Shown: one piece after another, positions 12,681-23,240 of the stretch
Layout: every line of letters starts with the position of its first letter
How positions within the stretch are numbered: position 1 is the stretch's first letter
Assembly: GCA_964462295.1 (NCBI GenBank)
Contig: CAYWXH010000006.1
Coordinates: 1-55,146, forward strand
Reading direction: 5' to 3'
DNA: 55,146 bases
DNA from: an uncultured Atribacterota bacterium
GTDB lineage: Bacteria; Atribacterota; JALVIU01
The notes under the pieces: generated by a model
Database searches by the model: none
What the model was told of the DNA's origin: nothing
The model's input: only the letters and a program-made list of their open reading frames with translations
Made by a program: the position numbers and the translations under genes

Positions 12681-13373
12681 ATGGGAATAAGAGAGAATAT
12701 AGCTTATATAAAAAAAAGGATTGAGGATGCTTGTAAAAGAGCTGGAAGAAGTCCAAATGAAATAGTCCTTATGGGAGTTACGAAAATGGTAGCCCCCGAG
12801 TATATAAATGAGGCAATAGATGAAGGAATAGAGGTTATAGGAGAAAACAGGGTTCAAGAGGCACGAGATAAATTTGATAAAGTGAAAAAAGGGATAAAAT
12901 GGCATATGATAGGCCCCTTACAGGTAAATAAAGTAAAATATGCTGTACATATATTTGATATGATCGAGTCCTTAGAATCTCTAAAACTTGCAGATGAGAT
13001 AGAGAAGCGTGCGGTTTCTTTAGGAAGGCCTATGGAGGTCTTAGTTGAGGTAAAAATATCATTTGAAGAGACAAAACATGGTATTTCTCCATCAGATTTA
13101 ATTCCATTTTTGGAAAAACTTTCAAAATACAAATATATAAAGGTTAAAGGCCTTATGACTATGGCTCCTTTATTTGATGATCCTGAACTTACAAGGCCAT
13201 ATTTTAGAAAGACCAAAGAACTCTTTGATAAGGTTAAGGAAATGAATATCCCAAATATAGAAATGGAAATACTTTCCATGGGAATGAGTGGCGATTTTGA
13301 GATTGCTATAGAGGAAGGCTCTACCCTGATTAGGGTGGGAAGGGCCATTTTCCAAGATGTATATAAAAAATGA
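12681..13373 (+). CDS. yggS: PLP homeostasis protein (YggS/PROSC)
   Basis: VTK PLP-Lys, GENRVQE, WHMIGPLQVNK, GLMTM, LSMGMSGDFEIAIEEGST. Confidence 0.96.
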   Translation: MGIRENIAYIKKRIEDACKRAGRSPNEIVLMGVTKMVAPEYINEAIDEGIEVIGENRVQEARDKFDKVKKGIKWHMIGPLQVNKVKYAVHIFDMIESLESLKLADEIEKRAVSLGRPMEVLVEVKISFEETKHGISPSDLIPFLEKLSKYKYIKVKGLMTMAPLFDDPELTRPYFRKTKELFDKVKEMNIPNIEMEILSMGMSGDFEIAIEEGSTLIRVGRAIFQDVYKK

Positions 13374-14194
13374 AAGAGGTGAGGATATTGCAAGATAAGA
13401 TACTTTTTATAGGTACAGGTGCTATGGGAAGTGCCCTTATAAAGGGGATAATAGAGGGTGAAGTGATAAGTCCTAAGCTTATATATGCATATGATGTAGA
13501 TGTGGATAGGCTAAATGGTGTTGCAGATTCTTTTGGTATAAATAAGGTAAATACTATCGAAGAGGGGGTAGAGAGTGTAAATATTGTACTTTTGGCAGTA
13601 AAGCCACAGCATATAAAAGAGGTATTAAATGAGGTTTCAAAAAGGGTAACCCCTTCTCATCTTGTTATTTCCATAGCTGCAGGCATAGGTTTAGATATAT
13701 TAGAAGAGCATCTTCCTGATGTTCCGGTTGTGAGAATTATGCCAAATACACCTGCTCAGGTGAGTTCAGGTATCTCAGCTATTTCACCCTCTTCTTTGGT
13801 AGATAAAGAGATGTTGGAAAAAGTCCTGATTCTTTTTGGAAGTGTAGGTGAGACAGTAGTTGTAAAGGAAGAGCTTATGGATGCAGTTACAGGTCTTAGC
13901 GGGAGTGGGCCAGCATATGTATTTCTTATGATAGAAGCACTCTCTGATGCAGGGGTAAAGATGGGACTTCCTCGTTCTGTATCTTTGAAACTTGCGGCAC
14001 ATACTGTAAGGGGTGCATCAGAAATGGTAATCCAAACAGGAAAGAATCCTGAGGTTTTAAAAGAGATAGTAACATCTCCTGGTGGTACAACTATAGAAGG
14101 CATATATGCACTTGAGAGAAATGGTGTAAGGGCTGCCTTTATGGAAGCAGTAGAGAAGGCCACTCTAAGATCGAAGGAATTGGGGAGAAAATAG
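13370..14194 (+). CDS. proC: Pyrroline-5-carboxylate reductase
   Basis: FIGTGAMG, RIMPNTP, TGLSGSGPAY, VTSPGGTT. True start may be TTG 13388 (GAGGTG SD). Confidence 0.96.
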   Translation: MKEVRILQDKILFIGTGAMGSALIKGIIEGEVISPKLIYAYDVDVDRLNGVADSFGINKVNTIEEGVESVNIVLLAVKPQHIKEVLNEVSKRVTPSHLVISIAAGIGLDILEEHLPDVPVVRIMPNTPAQVSSGISAISPSSLVDKEMLEKVLILFGSVGETVVVKEELMDAVTGLSGSGPAYVFLMIEALSDAGVKMGLPRSVSLKLAAHTVRGASEMVIQTGKNPEVLKEIVTSPGGTTIEGIYALERNGVRAAFMEAVEKATLRSKELGRK

Positions 14195-14464
14195 ATGTTT
14201 ACAATAATAAGAACTATCAATTTATTATTTCAAATATATTCATATCTAGTACTTGCACGAGTTTTACTTTCATGGTTTCCAGTGGATAGAAACAACCCAA
14301 TTATAGATTTTATTTACAGGGTTACAGAGCCTATTTTGGCCCCATTTAGGATAGTTATTCCCTTAGGTATGATGGGGCTTGATCTTTCTCCTATACTTGC
14401 CTTTTTCTTTTTGGATATATTTCGAAGACTACTTATAAAGTTACTTATAGTGATACTTTATTGA
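14195..14464 (+). CDS. yggT: YggT family membrane protein
   Basis: LLSWFP, VTEPILAPFR, GLDLSPI; conserved yggS-proC-yggT-divIVA context. Confidence 0.93.
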   Translation: MFTIIRTINLLFQIYSYLVLARVLLSWFPVDRNNPIIDFIYRVTEPILAPFRIVIPLGMMGLDLSPILAFFFLDIFRRLLIKLLIVILY

Positions 14465-14474
14465 GGAGGATAGT

Positions 14475-15017
14475 ATGTTGGACAACATTGAAAAGATCAC
14501 ACCCTTGGATATAGAAGAGAAGGAATTTTCCAGGAGCTTTCGAGGATACAATATTGAAGAAGTTGATGATTTTTTAGATAAAGTTGCAAGAAGTTATGAG
14601 GTTTTATCCAAGGAAAATCATTATTTGAAGAAACAATTTGAAGAACTAAAACAGAAATTGGAAGAATATAAAAAAGATGAGGAGATGTTTCGAAAAACCT
14701 TAGTAACTGCCCAAAAAAGGTCTGAAGAGATAGAAAGAGAAGCCCAAAGGAAAAGGGAACTTATAGTAAAAGAAGCGGAACTTGAGGCAGAGAGAATCAT
14801 TCGAGAAGCAAAAACAAAAGCTGAAAGTATATTGAGAGATGCCAATCTAAGAGTGGCTGAGGTAAAGAATGAAATTATAAGATTAGAAAAAGAGAGGGAT
14901 GTATTTATAATGAAATTAAAGACTGTTATAGAGTCTTTTTTAGAAATGGTAGATTCTTTAAAAAAAGAAGATATAGAATTTGACGCTTCTCTTAAAGAAG
15001 ATGAACAAGTTATATAG
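14475..15017 (+). CDS. divIVA: DivIVA domain coiled-coil protein
   Basis: TPLDIEEKEFSRSFRGYNIEEVDDFLD N-terminal domain followed by coiled coil with AE..I..EA repeats. Confidence 0.92.
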   Translation: MLDNIEKITPLDIEEKEFSRSFRGYNIEEVDDFLDKVARSYEVLSKENHYLKKQFEELKQKLEEYKKDEEMFRKTLVTAQKRSEEIEREAQRKRELIVKEAELEAERIIREAKTKAESILRDANLRVAEVKNEIIRLEKERDVFIMKLKTVIESFLEMVDSLKKEDIEFDASLKEDEQVI

Positions 15018-15309
15018 GACAGTTAAAGATGGTGTTTTATTAAATGTAAAAGTAATTCCACGGGCCTCACGAAGTGAAATTGTAGAAGTTTTAGAACATG
15101 AGATAAAAATGAAGATTAAATCCCCTCCTGTAAAAGGTGCAGCGAATAAGGAAATTATTAGTTTTTTCTCCTCACTTTTAGACATACCTAAAAGAGATAT
15201 TGAGATTATAAAAGGCACCACTTCATCTCATAAAAGTATATTATTTCGGGGAAAGGAAAAAGATATACTTGACAAATTAACTTTGGTTATCAAAAAGAGG
15301 AGGGATTGA
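15001..15309 (+). CDS. DUF167 (YggU/UPF0235) protein
   Basis: VKVIPRASRS, SPPVKGAANKEII, IIKGTTSSHK. Start taken at ATG 15001. Confidence 0.88.
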   Translation: MNKLYRTVKDGVLLNVKVIPRASRSEIVEVLEHEIKMKIKSPPVKGAANKEIISFFSSLLDIPKRDIEIIKGTTSSHKSILFRGKEKDILDKLTLVIKKRRD

Positions 15310-15310
15310 A

Positions 15311-16336
15311 ATGAAGGATGTATTTGTTTTAAATAGAGAGGAGCTTTTAAAAAGGGTAGGGAAAGAAGAACAATTTGCAGGAATTGAGTTAAGGGAAGAG
15401 ATAGATGGCAGAGGAAAGGGCCTAAGGGTGGCAAGATTTTATAATACCTCTGGTCTTAGTTTAGAGGTTATACCTGATAGGGGAATGGATATAGGGAAGG
15501 TGATGTATAAAGGTATCCCTATTGCTTGGGTCTCCCCTACCTATCTTAGTTCCGGTAGACACTATTCAGAGCATGAATCAGAATGGGGACGTATCTTTTT
15601 TGGGGGGTTCCTTACCACTTGTGGGCTTTTGAATGTAGGACCTCCATCTGAAGGAGAGGGGTTACATGGGAGGATTTCAAGTCTTGAGGCAGAGGAGGTA
15701 AAAAGGGAGACATATTGGTTGGGAGATGAATATATACTATCTCTTTCTGGAAAGGTAAGAGAATCTAAGATTTTCGAAGAAGATTACTTGATGAGACGAG
15801 AGATAAAAATGAACCACAAAGACCCTGTTTTTGAGATTTTTACAGTAATTTCAAACAGGGCACATAGAGAAATGCCTCTTATGTATCTTTCCCATATTAA
15901 TTTTGGATATCCTATATTATCTCCTGACCTTGAAATTTTATTCTTCCCCCCTGTAGAATTTGTTCCAAGAGACCAAGAGGCAAGAAAGGATAAGCCTTAT
16001 GAGATACTGACTTTTTCCTCACCTCAATATGGTTTTAAAGAGCGGGTATTTTTTGCAGAATACAAAGAGAGAAAAGGAGAGGCAGAGGTAAGGTTACTCA
16101 ATAAAAAGTTGGGTATAGGGGTAAAGGTTTCTTGGCTTTTGGAAGAGATGTACTATACAACGATATGGAAGATGTTGGGAGAAGGGGAATATGTTTTGGG
16201 GATAGAACCTGGGAACAGTTGGCCTGTAGGGCAAAAGAGTTTTAAAACCCAAGGTAGATTAGATTTTCTTTTACCAGAGGAAGAGAGAACCTTTTATCTA
16301 AAGGTAGAGATTTTTGATATAGAAAGGGAGGAATAA
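15311..16336 (+). CDS. DUF4432 aldose-1-epimerase/mutarotase-like protein
   Basis: PDRGMDIG, FFGGFLTTCGL.NVG.P, LHGRIS, H.NFGYP, YVLGIEPG. Confidence 0.8.
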   Translation: MKDVFVLNREELLKRVGKEEQFAGIELREEIDGRGKGLRVARFYNTSGLSLEVIPDRGMDIGKVMYKGIPIAWVSPTYLSSGRHYSEHESEWGRIFFGGFLTTCGLLNVGPPSEGEGLHGRISSLEAEEVKRETYWLGDEYILSLSGKVRESKIFEEDYLMRREIKMNHKDPVFEIFTVISNRAHREMPLMYLSHINFGYPILSPDLEILFFPPVEFVPRDQEARKDKPYEILTFSSPQYGFKERVFFAEYKERKGEAEVRLLNKKLGIGVKVSWLLEEMYYTTIWKMLGEGEYVLGIEPGNSWPVGQKSFKTQGRLDFLLPEEERTFYLKVEIFDIEREE

Positions 16337-16337
16337 C

Positions 16338-17276
16338 ATGGGAGACAAGATTGTTGTACTTGGCGGTATAAATATGGACCTTGTTACAAATGCAGAGGTC
16401 TTGCCAAAACCTGGAGAAACGATAAAAGGATATAAATTTGGTATGTATCCTGGAGGAAAGGGCTCAAATCAGGCAGTTGCTATCGGTAAGTTAGGGGGAA
16501 GTGCCTATATGTTAGGTAGAATAGGGGATGATGATTTTGGGAAAACCCTTAAAGATAGTATGCACTCTTGGGGTGTGAATACTGATTTTTTAAAGATTTC
16601 CAAAAATCAGTCTACAGGTATTGCATTAATCATGGTAGATAAAAAGGGAGAAAATATGATAACCTTTGTACCGGGTGCAAATGGAGATGTAGATGCCAAT
16701 GATATACAAGACGCAAGAGATATTATAAAAGACGCAAAGATTTTTCTCTCACAGTTAGAAGTCCCCTATGATGCAGTGTTTAAAGGTGTAGATATCGCTT
16801 ATAAAGAAGGGGTAATGGTAATTATTGATCCCGCCCCTGTACCCGGAGAGAAATTTCCTAAGGATTTCTGGGAAAAGGTCTCTATTGTTACACCTAATGA
16901 AGTGGAGGCAGAAGGACTTACGGGTATAGAGGTTTCTGATCCAGAGAGTGCAAAGAAGGCAGGAGAAGTATTCCTATCATGGGGCGTAACTAATGCCATT
17001 GTAAAATTAGGCTCAAAAGGGTGTGTACTTGTATCAAAAGATGGTTGGGAATATATAGAACCTGTAAAGGTAGAATCTGTAGACTCTACTGCCGCAGGAG
17101 ATGTCTTTGCAGGTGCCTTGTCCTTTTCTCTGGCAAGGGATGGTGAGCTGATAAAGGCCTTGCGTTTTGCAAGCTATGCAGGTGCACTATCCACTACACG
17201 ATATGGAGCACAGCCAGGTGCACCCACTTATCAGGAGCTTATGGATTTTATAAAAGAGAGGGATTTAAGTCTATAA
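16338..17276 (+). CDS. rbsK: Ribokinase
   Basis: INMDLV, PGGKGSNQAVA, TPNEVEA, DSTAAGDVF. Confidence 0.92.
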   Translation: MGDKIVVLGGINMDLVTNAEVLPKPGETIKGYKFGMYPGGKGSNQAVAIGKLGGSAYMLGRIGDDDFGKTLKDSMHSWGVNTDFLKISKNQSTGIALIMVDKKGENMITFVPGANGDVDANDIQDARDIIKDAKIFLSQLEVPYDAVFKGVDIAYKEGVMVIIDPAPVPGEKFPKDFWEKVSIVTPNEVEAEGLTGIEVSDPESAKKAGEVFLSWGVTNAIVKLGSKGCVLVSKDGWEYIEPVKVESVDSTAAGDVFAGALSFSLARDGELIKALRFASYAGALSTTRYGAQPGAPTYQELMDFIKERDLSL

Positions 17277-17297
17277 TAAAAAATAGGAGGTATTATT

Positions 17298-17741
17298 ATG
17301 AAAAAGAAGGGAATCCTTAACCCTGAGCTCTCTCGGGTAGTTGCTAATATGGGACATGGAGACATGCTTTATGTTACAGATAGGGGTTTTCCTATACCTC
17401 GACATGAAATGACAAAAGTTGTAGATGTCTCTGTAGGTGTAAATCTCCCAAAAGTAGTTGATGTAGTAAAGGTAATACTTGAAGAATTAGAAATTGAAAA
17501 GGTTATAATTGCCGAAGAGACAGAAAAGATAAGTCCACATATCTATAAAGAATTTATGGATATAGTAAATAGTATAAATAATAAGGGTAACCCTATAGAA
17601 GTAGAAATCATACCGCATATGGAATTTAAACATATGTTATTAAATGGGGCTCTTGAAGGAAAAGAGGTAAAAGGTATGGTAAGAACAGGAGAATTTACCC
17701 CTTATGCAAATATTATTTTAGTATCAGGTGTTCCATTTTAA
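17298..17741 (+). CDS. rbsD: D-ribose pyranase (RbsD/FucU family)
   Basis: MKKKGILN, MGHGD, D.GFPIP, VRTGEFTPYANIILVSGVPF. Confidence 0.9.
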   Translation: MKKKGILNPELSRVVANMGHGDMLYVTDRGFPIPRHEMTKVVDVSVGVNLPKVVDVVKVILEELEIEKVIIAEETEKISPHIYKEFMDIVNSINNKGNPIEVEIIPHMEFKHMLLNGALEGKEVKGMVRTGEFTPYANIILVSGVPF

Positions 17742-17769
17742 GTATAAATAATCAAAAAAGGAGTACTTT

Positions 17770-18471
17770 ATGCAAGGGACAATTGTAAATACTATTACAG
17801 TAATTCTTGGTTCATCTATCGGTCTATATCTTGGGGCAAAATTGAAAGATTCTATAAAAAACATAATGGTACAAGGAGTGGCACTTTCTACTATTTTGAT
17901 AGGGATGAAGATGGGGTTTAAAGTAGAGAATTTTCTTATCGTTATTGCAAGTATAGTAATAGGAGGGGCACTTGGAGAGATATGGAAAATAGAAGATAAG
18001 ATTGCCGATTTGGGAAGATATATAGAGGGAAAGATGGGTGGTAAGGGGGGAGAAAATTTTGTAAAAGGTTTTGTACTTGCAAGTGTTATCTTTTGCGTAG
18101 GACCTATGACCATTCTTGGCTGCATCCAAGATGGACTAAATAATGATTCCAGTATCTTATATGTAAAATCTATGTTAGATGGTCTCACATCCATTATGCT
18201 CTCTTCCACTTTGGGGATAGGTGTTTTATTCTCTGCCGCTATAGTCTTATTATTTCAAGGTTCCCTTACCATCCTTGCATCTTTTTTGAAATTTCTTACG
18301 GAAGGAAGTATATTGGCCAATTTTACCTCTGTAGGTGGACTTATAATAATCGCTATAGGCATAAGGATGCTTGAGCTTAAAGAGATAAAAGTGGGAAATT
18401 TTCTTCCTGCCCTTTTTGTTGTGATAATTCTGGATTATGGAGTAAAAATAGTAGCAAGTCTTATAAAATAG
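17770..18471 (+). CDS. DUF554 family membrane protein
   Basis: GTIVN, FCVGPMTILG..QDG, KSMLDG, KVGNFLPAL; about 7 hydrophobic segments. Confidence 0.88.
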   Translation: MQGTIVNTITVILGSSIGLYLGAKLKDSIKNIMVQGVALSTILIGMKMGFKVENFLIVIASIVIGGALGEIWKIEDKIADLGRYIEGKMGGKGGENFVKGFVLASVIFCVGPMTILGCIQDGLNNDSSILYVKSMLDGLTSIMLSSTLGIGVLFSAAIVLLFQGSLTILASFLKFLTEGSILANFTSVGGLIIIAIGIRMLELKEIKVGNFLPALFVVIILDYGVKIVASLIK

Positions 18472-18480
18472 GGGGTTATT

Positions 18481-21400
18481 ATGCCAAGGTGGAAAAATGT
18501 TCTTATAAGAAGTTTTTTTATTCTATTGTTATTTATATCTTCAATTGCATATGGAGAAAATTTAGATTTATCTTCTCTACCTCTTATCTCAAAATTATAT
18601 GAGGTAAATCCCAAAGAGGCAGAGGCCTTTTATCATTGGATGAGAGGAAGTGATGAAAAGGCCCTTCAATTGTTTTCTTCTCTACTTTCTGATGGGAATT
18701 TACAAGAAGAAGATGCACTTATCGCATGGGATATGGTAGAAGGAATCTATGAGAGGTGGGGAGAATATGGCTCCTTATTTAATTTTGGTAGGAATATGTT
18801 AGATAATCTATCACCTTCTTCATCTCTTTATGGCAAGATAACATATACACTTTACTATACATCTATAAAACAGGGAAATTTAACATTGGGAGATGAGTTT
18901 AAAGAAAGATTAGGGTTTATAAATAAATGGTCTTTTATAGGTCCATTTGACAATACAGGGATGTCAGGTATCTATAAGAGTTTTCTCCCTGAAAAGGAAA
19001 TTAATTTTAAAAAGGTTTATAGTGGAAAAGAGGGTATAGAGATAAAGTGGTTTACCCCCTCTACCTTTCCTAGATATGGATATGTAGATTTGAGATCTTT
19101 GTTTTACCCTTCTTCTTCCACCTTGGCATATGCACTTACATATGTGTATATCCCTGTATCTGGTAGGTATACCATAGGTATGGGTGCAGATGATGTAGTT
19201 ACCCTTTGGATAAATGACCAGAAGGTTTTTGATGAATCTACACCACGCAATATCTCTTTTGACCAGTATGAGATAAATTGCAATCTTTCAGAAGGGTGGA
19301 ATAAGATTCTTATAAAAATAGGGCAAGATGATGGTTCTTGGGGCTTTTATTTTAGAATCACTAAGGATGGCCTGCCAATAGATGGCCTAAAGGTTTCCCC
19401 TCTGCCAAGAGATGATTATAAAAAAGATTATAAAATTCAAGCAAGGGAAGTTTCAATCGAGGACTTTTCGAAGGAAGATGATTGGGAAAAATTTAAGAGA
19501 AGCTATCTATTACTTAATAGATATTTTTTAGATGATGCAAAAAAAGGTTTTAAGGAGCTTGCAACCTCTCTTGGCTCTCCTTTGGCCTACTATTTTTTGG
19601 GGGTTACACAGATGGATGATGGTCTTGATGATGAGGCCTTTCAGTCCTTTAGAATGGCAAGAAAGTTAGATCCTTGGTTTATCTACCCGGCCTTAGAAAT
19701 AGGGAAATTGAAATTAAGTAAAGACCTTTATGATGAGGCTATCGAAATTTTTAAAAAACTTTTGGTGAAATTTCATGATAATTATTTAGTCTCTGTACTT
19801 TTGGGTTGGACCTATGAGAAAAGAGGTTGGGATAAAGAGGCCAAGATTATGATCGAAAATACCCTAAAAAAACATCCAAATTATATATTTCCTCATTATC
19901 TTTTGGCTATCTTGTATGATCAGAATGGATGGGTTGAAGATGCTATTTCAGAGTACAAAAAGATATTGAATATAGATATTACACATAAGAGTGCCTTTTC
20001 CTCTCTCCTTGGATTATACATATCTATAAGGGATAAGGAAAATGCTATAAAACTTTTAAAAACACAGATCGCAATATACCCTACAGATATTACCCTATAT
20101 TTAAAACTTGCATCTTGTTATGAGAGCTTTAAAGAACTTGAAAAGGCAGTAAATACTCTTAAAAAAACCCTAACAATTACTCCTTATTATCCTATAATTT
20201 ATAAAGAACTTGGGCTTATATATCATGAGGAGGAAAATGATGAGGAGGCCTTTAAGTATTTTAATAAAGCCCTTGAACTCAATCCAGCATTACTTTCTTT
20301 AAAAGATTATATAAAGTTTCTAAAAAATAAGACCTATATAGAAGATATAGATGTAGAGAAACTTGTGAAAAATGCACCTTCAAAGAAGAAATATCCTGAG
20401 ACAGATGCCATAGTTTTGTTTGATAAAACAAGGAAAATAGTCTATCCAGACGGAACTACTACCACATACTATCATGAAGTAGTGAAAATTTTTAATACAC
20501 GGGGAAGAGAAAAGTATGGAGAATTTTTTATTACTTATGCCCTTGGAGGGCAAAGGGTAAAGATTCTAAGGGCAAGGACCTTTAAGCCTAATGGAGAAAT
20601 TGTTGAGGCTACATCTATAAAGGACATAAAACCTATGGAAGGGTATCATCTCTATTCTAATGTAGCCCAAAAAGTGATTTCTTTACCAGCATTGACCCCA
20701 AATGCAGTTATTGAGATATATTACAGTATAGATGACCTTGGAAGAGAGGTCACAGGAAAGAATTTTCAGGATACCTTTTATTTTCAAGGCCTAGACCCTA
20801 TTCTTCGCTCTATATATGTATTGGAATTGCCAAAAAATAAAAAATTTAGATTTAAAACCGTAAAGATAGATATAAAACCTAAAATAGAAGAAAGGTATGA
20901 TGATATAGTTTATACTTGGGAAGTAAAAGGTATGCCTCAGATACTCCCTGAGCCCTCTATGCCCCCCTATAAGGAGATAGCTCCACATCTTTTTGTAACA
21001 AGTTATAAATCTTGGAAGGAGATATCTGATTGGGTATGGGGTATATCTGAACCACAAGCAAAGGCAGGGGATGAACTTAAGAAAAAAACCTTAGAACTTG
21101 TAGCTTCTGCGAAAACACGCATGGAGAAGATAAAGAAAATTTATACATATGTTATTACAGATATAAGATATGTAGGTTTAGAATTTGGAATAAGTGGTTT
21201 TATGCCTCATAAAGCAGATGATGTTTTTAGATATAAATATGGAGACTGTAAAGACAAGGCAACCCTCATGAAGGCAATGTTAAAAGTCGTGGGGATAGAC
21301 TCCTATATTACACTTGTAAGAACGAGAGACCTTGGGGCGTTGGATAAAGATATGCCAGGCTTGGAGTTTAATCATGCAATACTTTCTGTAAAGGATGATA

Positions 21401-22185
21401 ATGGAAACTTTATCTTCTTAGATGGTACTGCAGAGGATGTACCTTTTGGACAAGTTCCAGGTATGGACCAGGAGACCACTGCTATGATTATTACAAAAAA
21501 GGGTCCGATATTTAAAGAGATCCCTTTAGATGGTTATGAAAAAAATAAGAAAATAAGAGAGATGGATGTGTCTATCTCTCAAGATGGGAAGATCCATGCA
21601 GATGTCCATGTAAGACTTACAGGTTATTTTGGTACATATTATAGATCTGTCCTTAAGGCCTTAGGAAAGATAAAGAGAAGGGAATTAGTAGAGCGTTCTT
21701 TGGGGGCCTTATGCCCTGGTGCAAAACTTGAAAAACTTAATTTTTCTGATCTTTCAGATCTTGATGTCCCTGTAGAACAATCATATACTTTTTATTCTAA
21801 TACATATCTTAAAAGATTAGAAGATGGCTATAGTTTTTACCCCTCTATACTTGAAAGATTTACCTCTGGAGAAGAGGTGGCCAAGCCTAAAAGGAGATAT
21901 CCTATAGTGAAGTATCTACCTTATGAAACCATAGATATTGTAAAATATAAACTTCCAGATGGTTTAACATGGGATAAGATACCAGAGGATGTATATATTG
22001 ATACACCCTTTGGACTTTATTCTTTGACATTTGAGCTAAAAAATGGTATCCTTATTTTTAGTCGTACATATATATTAAAAGTTACTCGAATAGAAACGGA
22101 AGAATATGAAGAATATAAAGAATTTATAGAAGCAGTAATAAAAGAAGATAAGAAAGAGTTAAGGTTAATTTTTAAAAATAGATAA
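18481..22185 (+). CDS. Exported TPR + DUF3857 + transglutaminase-like protein with intact Cys-His-Asp triad
   Basis: Signal peptide; PA14/galactose-binding-like beta module (WSFIGPFDN...ADDVVTLWIND...GWNKILIK); multiple TPRs; DUF3857-like region; YGDCKDKA / FNHAIL / FLDGT triad. Confidence 0.82.
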   Translation: MPRWKNVLIRSFFILLLFISSIAYGENLDLSSLPLISKLYEVNPKEAEAFYHWMRGSDEKALQLFSSLLSDGNLQEEDALIAWDMVEGIYERWGEYGSLFNFGRNMLDNLSPSSSLYGKITYTLYYTSIKQGNLTLGDEFKERLGFINKWSFIGPFDNTGMSGIYKSFLPEKEINFKKVYSGKEGIEIKWFTPSTFPRYGYVDLRSLFYPSSSTLAYALTYVYIPVSGRYTIGMGADDVVTLWINDQKVFDESTPRNISFDQYEINCNLSEGWNKILIKIGQDDGSWGFYFRITKDGLPIDGLKVSPLPRDDYKKDYKIQAREVSIEDFSKEDDWEKFKRSYLLLNRYFLDDAKKGFKELATSLGSPLAYYFLGVTQMDDGLDDEAFQSFRMARKLDPWFIYPALEIGKLKLSKDLYDEAIEIFKKLLVKFHDNYLVSVLLGWTYEKRGWDKEAKIMIENTLKKHPNYIFPHYLLAILYDQNGWVEDAISEYKKILNIDITHKSAFSSLLGLYISIRDKENAIKLLKTQIAIYPTDITLYLKLASCYESFKELEKAVNTLKKTLTITPYYPIIYKELGLIYHEEENDEEAFKYFNKALELNPALLSLKDYIKFLKNKTYIEDIDVEKLVKNAPSKKKYPETDAIVLFDKTRKIVYPDGTTTTYYHEVVKIFNTRGREKYGEFFITYALGGQRVKILRARTFKPNGEIVEATSIKDIKPMEGYHLYSNVAQKVISLPALTPNAVIEIYYSIDDLGREVTGKNFQDTFYFQGLDPILRSIYVLELPKNKKFRFKTVKIDIKPKIEERYDDIVYTWEVKGMPQILPEPSMPPYKEIAPHLFVTSYKSWKEISDWVWGISEPQAKAGDELKKKTLELVASAKTRMEKIKKIYTYVITDIRYVGLEFGISGFMPHKADDVFRYKYGDCKDKATLMKAMLKVVGIDSYITLVRTRDLGALDKDMPGLEFNHAILSVKDDNGNFIFLDGTAEDVPFGQVPGMDQETTAMIITKKGPIFKEIPLDGYEKNKKIREMDVSISQDGKIHADVHVRLTGYFGTYYRSVLKALGKIKRRELVERSLGALCPGAKLEKLNFSDLSDLDVPVEQSYTFYSNTYLKRLEDGYSFYPSILERFTSGEEVAKPKRRYPIVKYLPYETIDIVKYKLPDGLTWDKIPEDVYIDTPFGLYSLTFELKNGILIFSRTYILKVTRIETEEYEEYKEFIEAVIKEDKKELRLIFKNR

Positions 22186-22200
22186 AAAAGGGAGGTTTTT

Positions 22201-23238
22201 GTGGACGAGAGGAATTTTGATTTTGAGGAAGTCTATGGAGAAAGGCCTAAGAAGAGAAATCTTCCACCTTTCTTCTCTTCAAAAAGCTTTATTTCGATCT
22301 TGGTAATAGTTGTTATCGGTATCTATCTCTTAAGTAGTATGATATTTACCGTAGGGCCAGATGAAGAGGGACTTGTCCTAAGGTTTGGAAAATATGTAAG
22401 GAGTGAAAGACCTGGTATACATGTTAAATTACCTACTCCTTTTGAAAAGGTTTATCTTGTAAAGATTACTGAAGTAAAAAGGATAGAGGTAGGTTTCAGG
22501 ACTGTAAACTATTCACAAGGTTCAGCCAACTATAGATATATACCGGAAGAGGCACTTATGCTTACAGGTGATGAGAATATTATAAGTATTGAAATGATTG
22601 TGCAGTACAAAATAAAAAATGCCTACAATTATATATTTAAAGTGATAAAGCCTGATAAACTATTAAAGATAGCTACCGAATCTGCGCTAAGACAGGTAGT
22701 GGGTAACTCTATGATAGATAAAGTTTTAACTGTAGGGAAGTATGAGGTACAAGAAGAGATAAAACAGCTTTTACAAGGAATAGCAGATAAGTATTCCCTT
22801 GGTCTTAAGATAATAGGGGTGCAATTGCAAGATGTGACACCTCCTAAAGAGGTAGAGGCAGCATTTAAGGATGTGGCAAGTGCTAAAGAAGATAAAAATA
22901 GATATATAAATGAGGCAGAAGGGTACAAAAATGATATCCTCCCAAAGACAAGGGGAGAGGCTGTAAGAGTAGTAAAAGAGGCCGAAAGTTACAAGATAAG
23001 TATAGTTAAAAAAGCAGAGGGAGATGTAGAGAGGTTTTTGAAGATGCTTGCAGAGTATAAAAAGGATGAGAATATTACAAAAGAGAGGCTGTATCTTGAA
23101 ACCATGGAAGAAGTTATGAAACATGCGAAAACTACGGTAGTGGATGCAAATACTACAAATATTAATTTGATAAATTTTCCCGGTGGCTCTAACCCAGGAC
23201 TTTTAGGTACAGGTGTACTGAGTGGGGGAGGTAAATAA
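22201..23238 (+). CDS. hflK: SPFH protein HflK
   Basis: TM anchor, LRFGKY, MLTGDENI, ESALRQVVG, PPKEVEAAFKDV, ERLYLETMEEV. Confidence 0.93.
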   Translation: MDERNFDFEEVYGERPKKRNLPPFFSSKSFISILVIVVIGIYLLSSMIFTVGPDEEGLVLRFGKYVRSERPGIHVKLPTPFEKVYLVKITEVKRIEVGFRTVNYSQGSANYRYIPEEALMLTGDENIISIEMIVQYKIKNAYNYIFKVIKPDKLLKIATESALRQVVGNSMIDKVLTVGKYEVQEEIKQLLQGIADKYSLGLKIIGVQLQDVTPPKEVEAAFKDVASAKEDKNRYINEAEGYKNDILPKTRGEAVRVVKEAESYKISIVKKAEGDVERFLKMLAEYKKDENITKERLYLETMEEVMKHAKTTVVDANTTNINLINFPGGSNPGLLGTGVLSGGGK

Positions 23239-23240
23239 CT

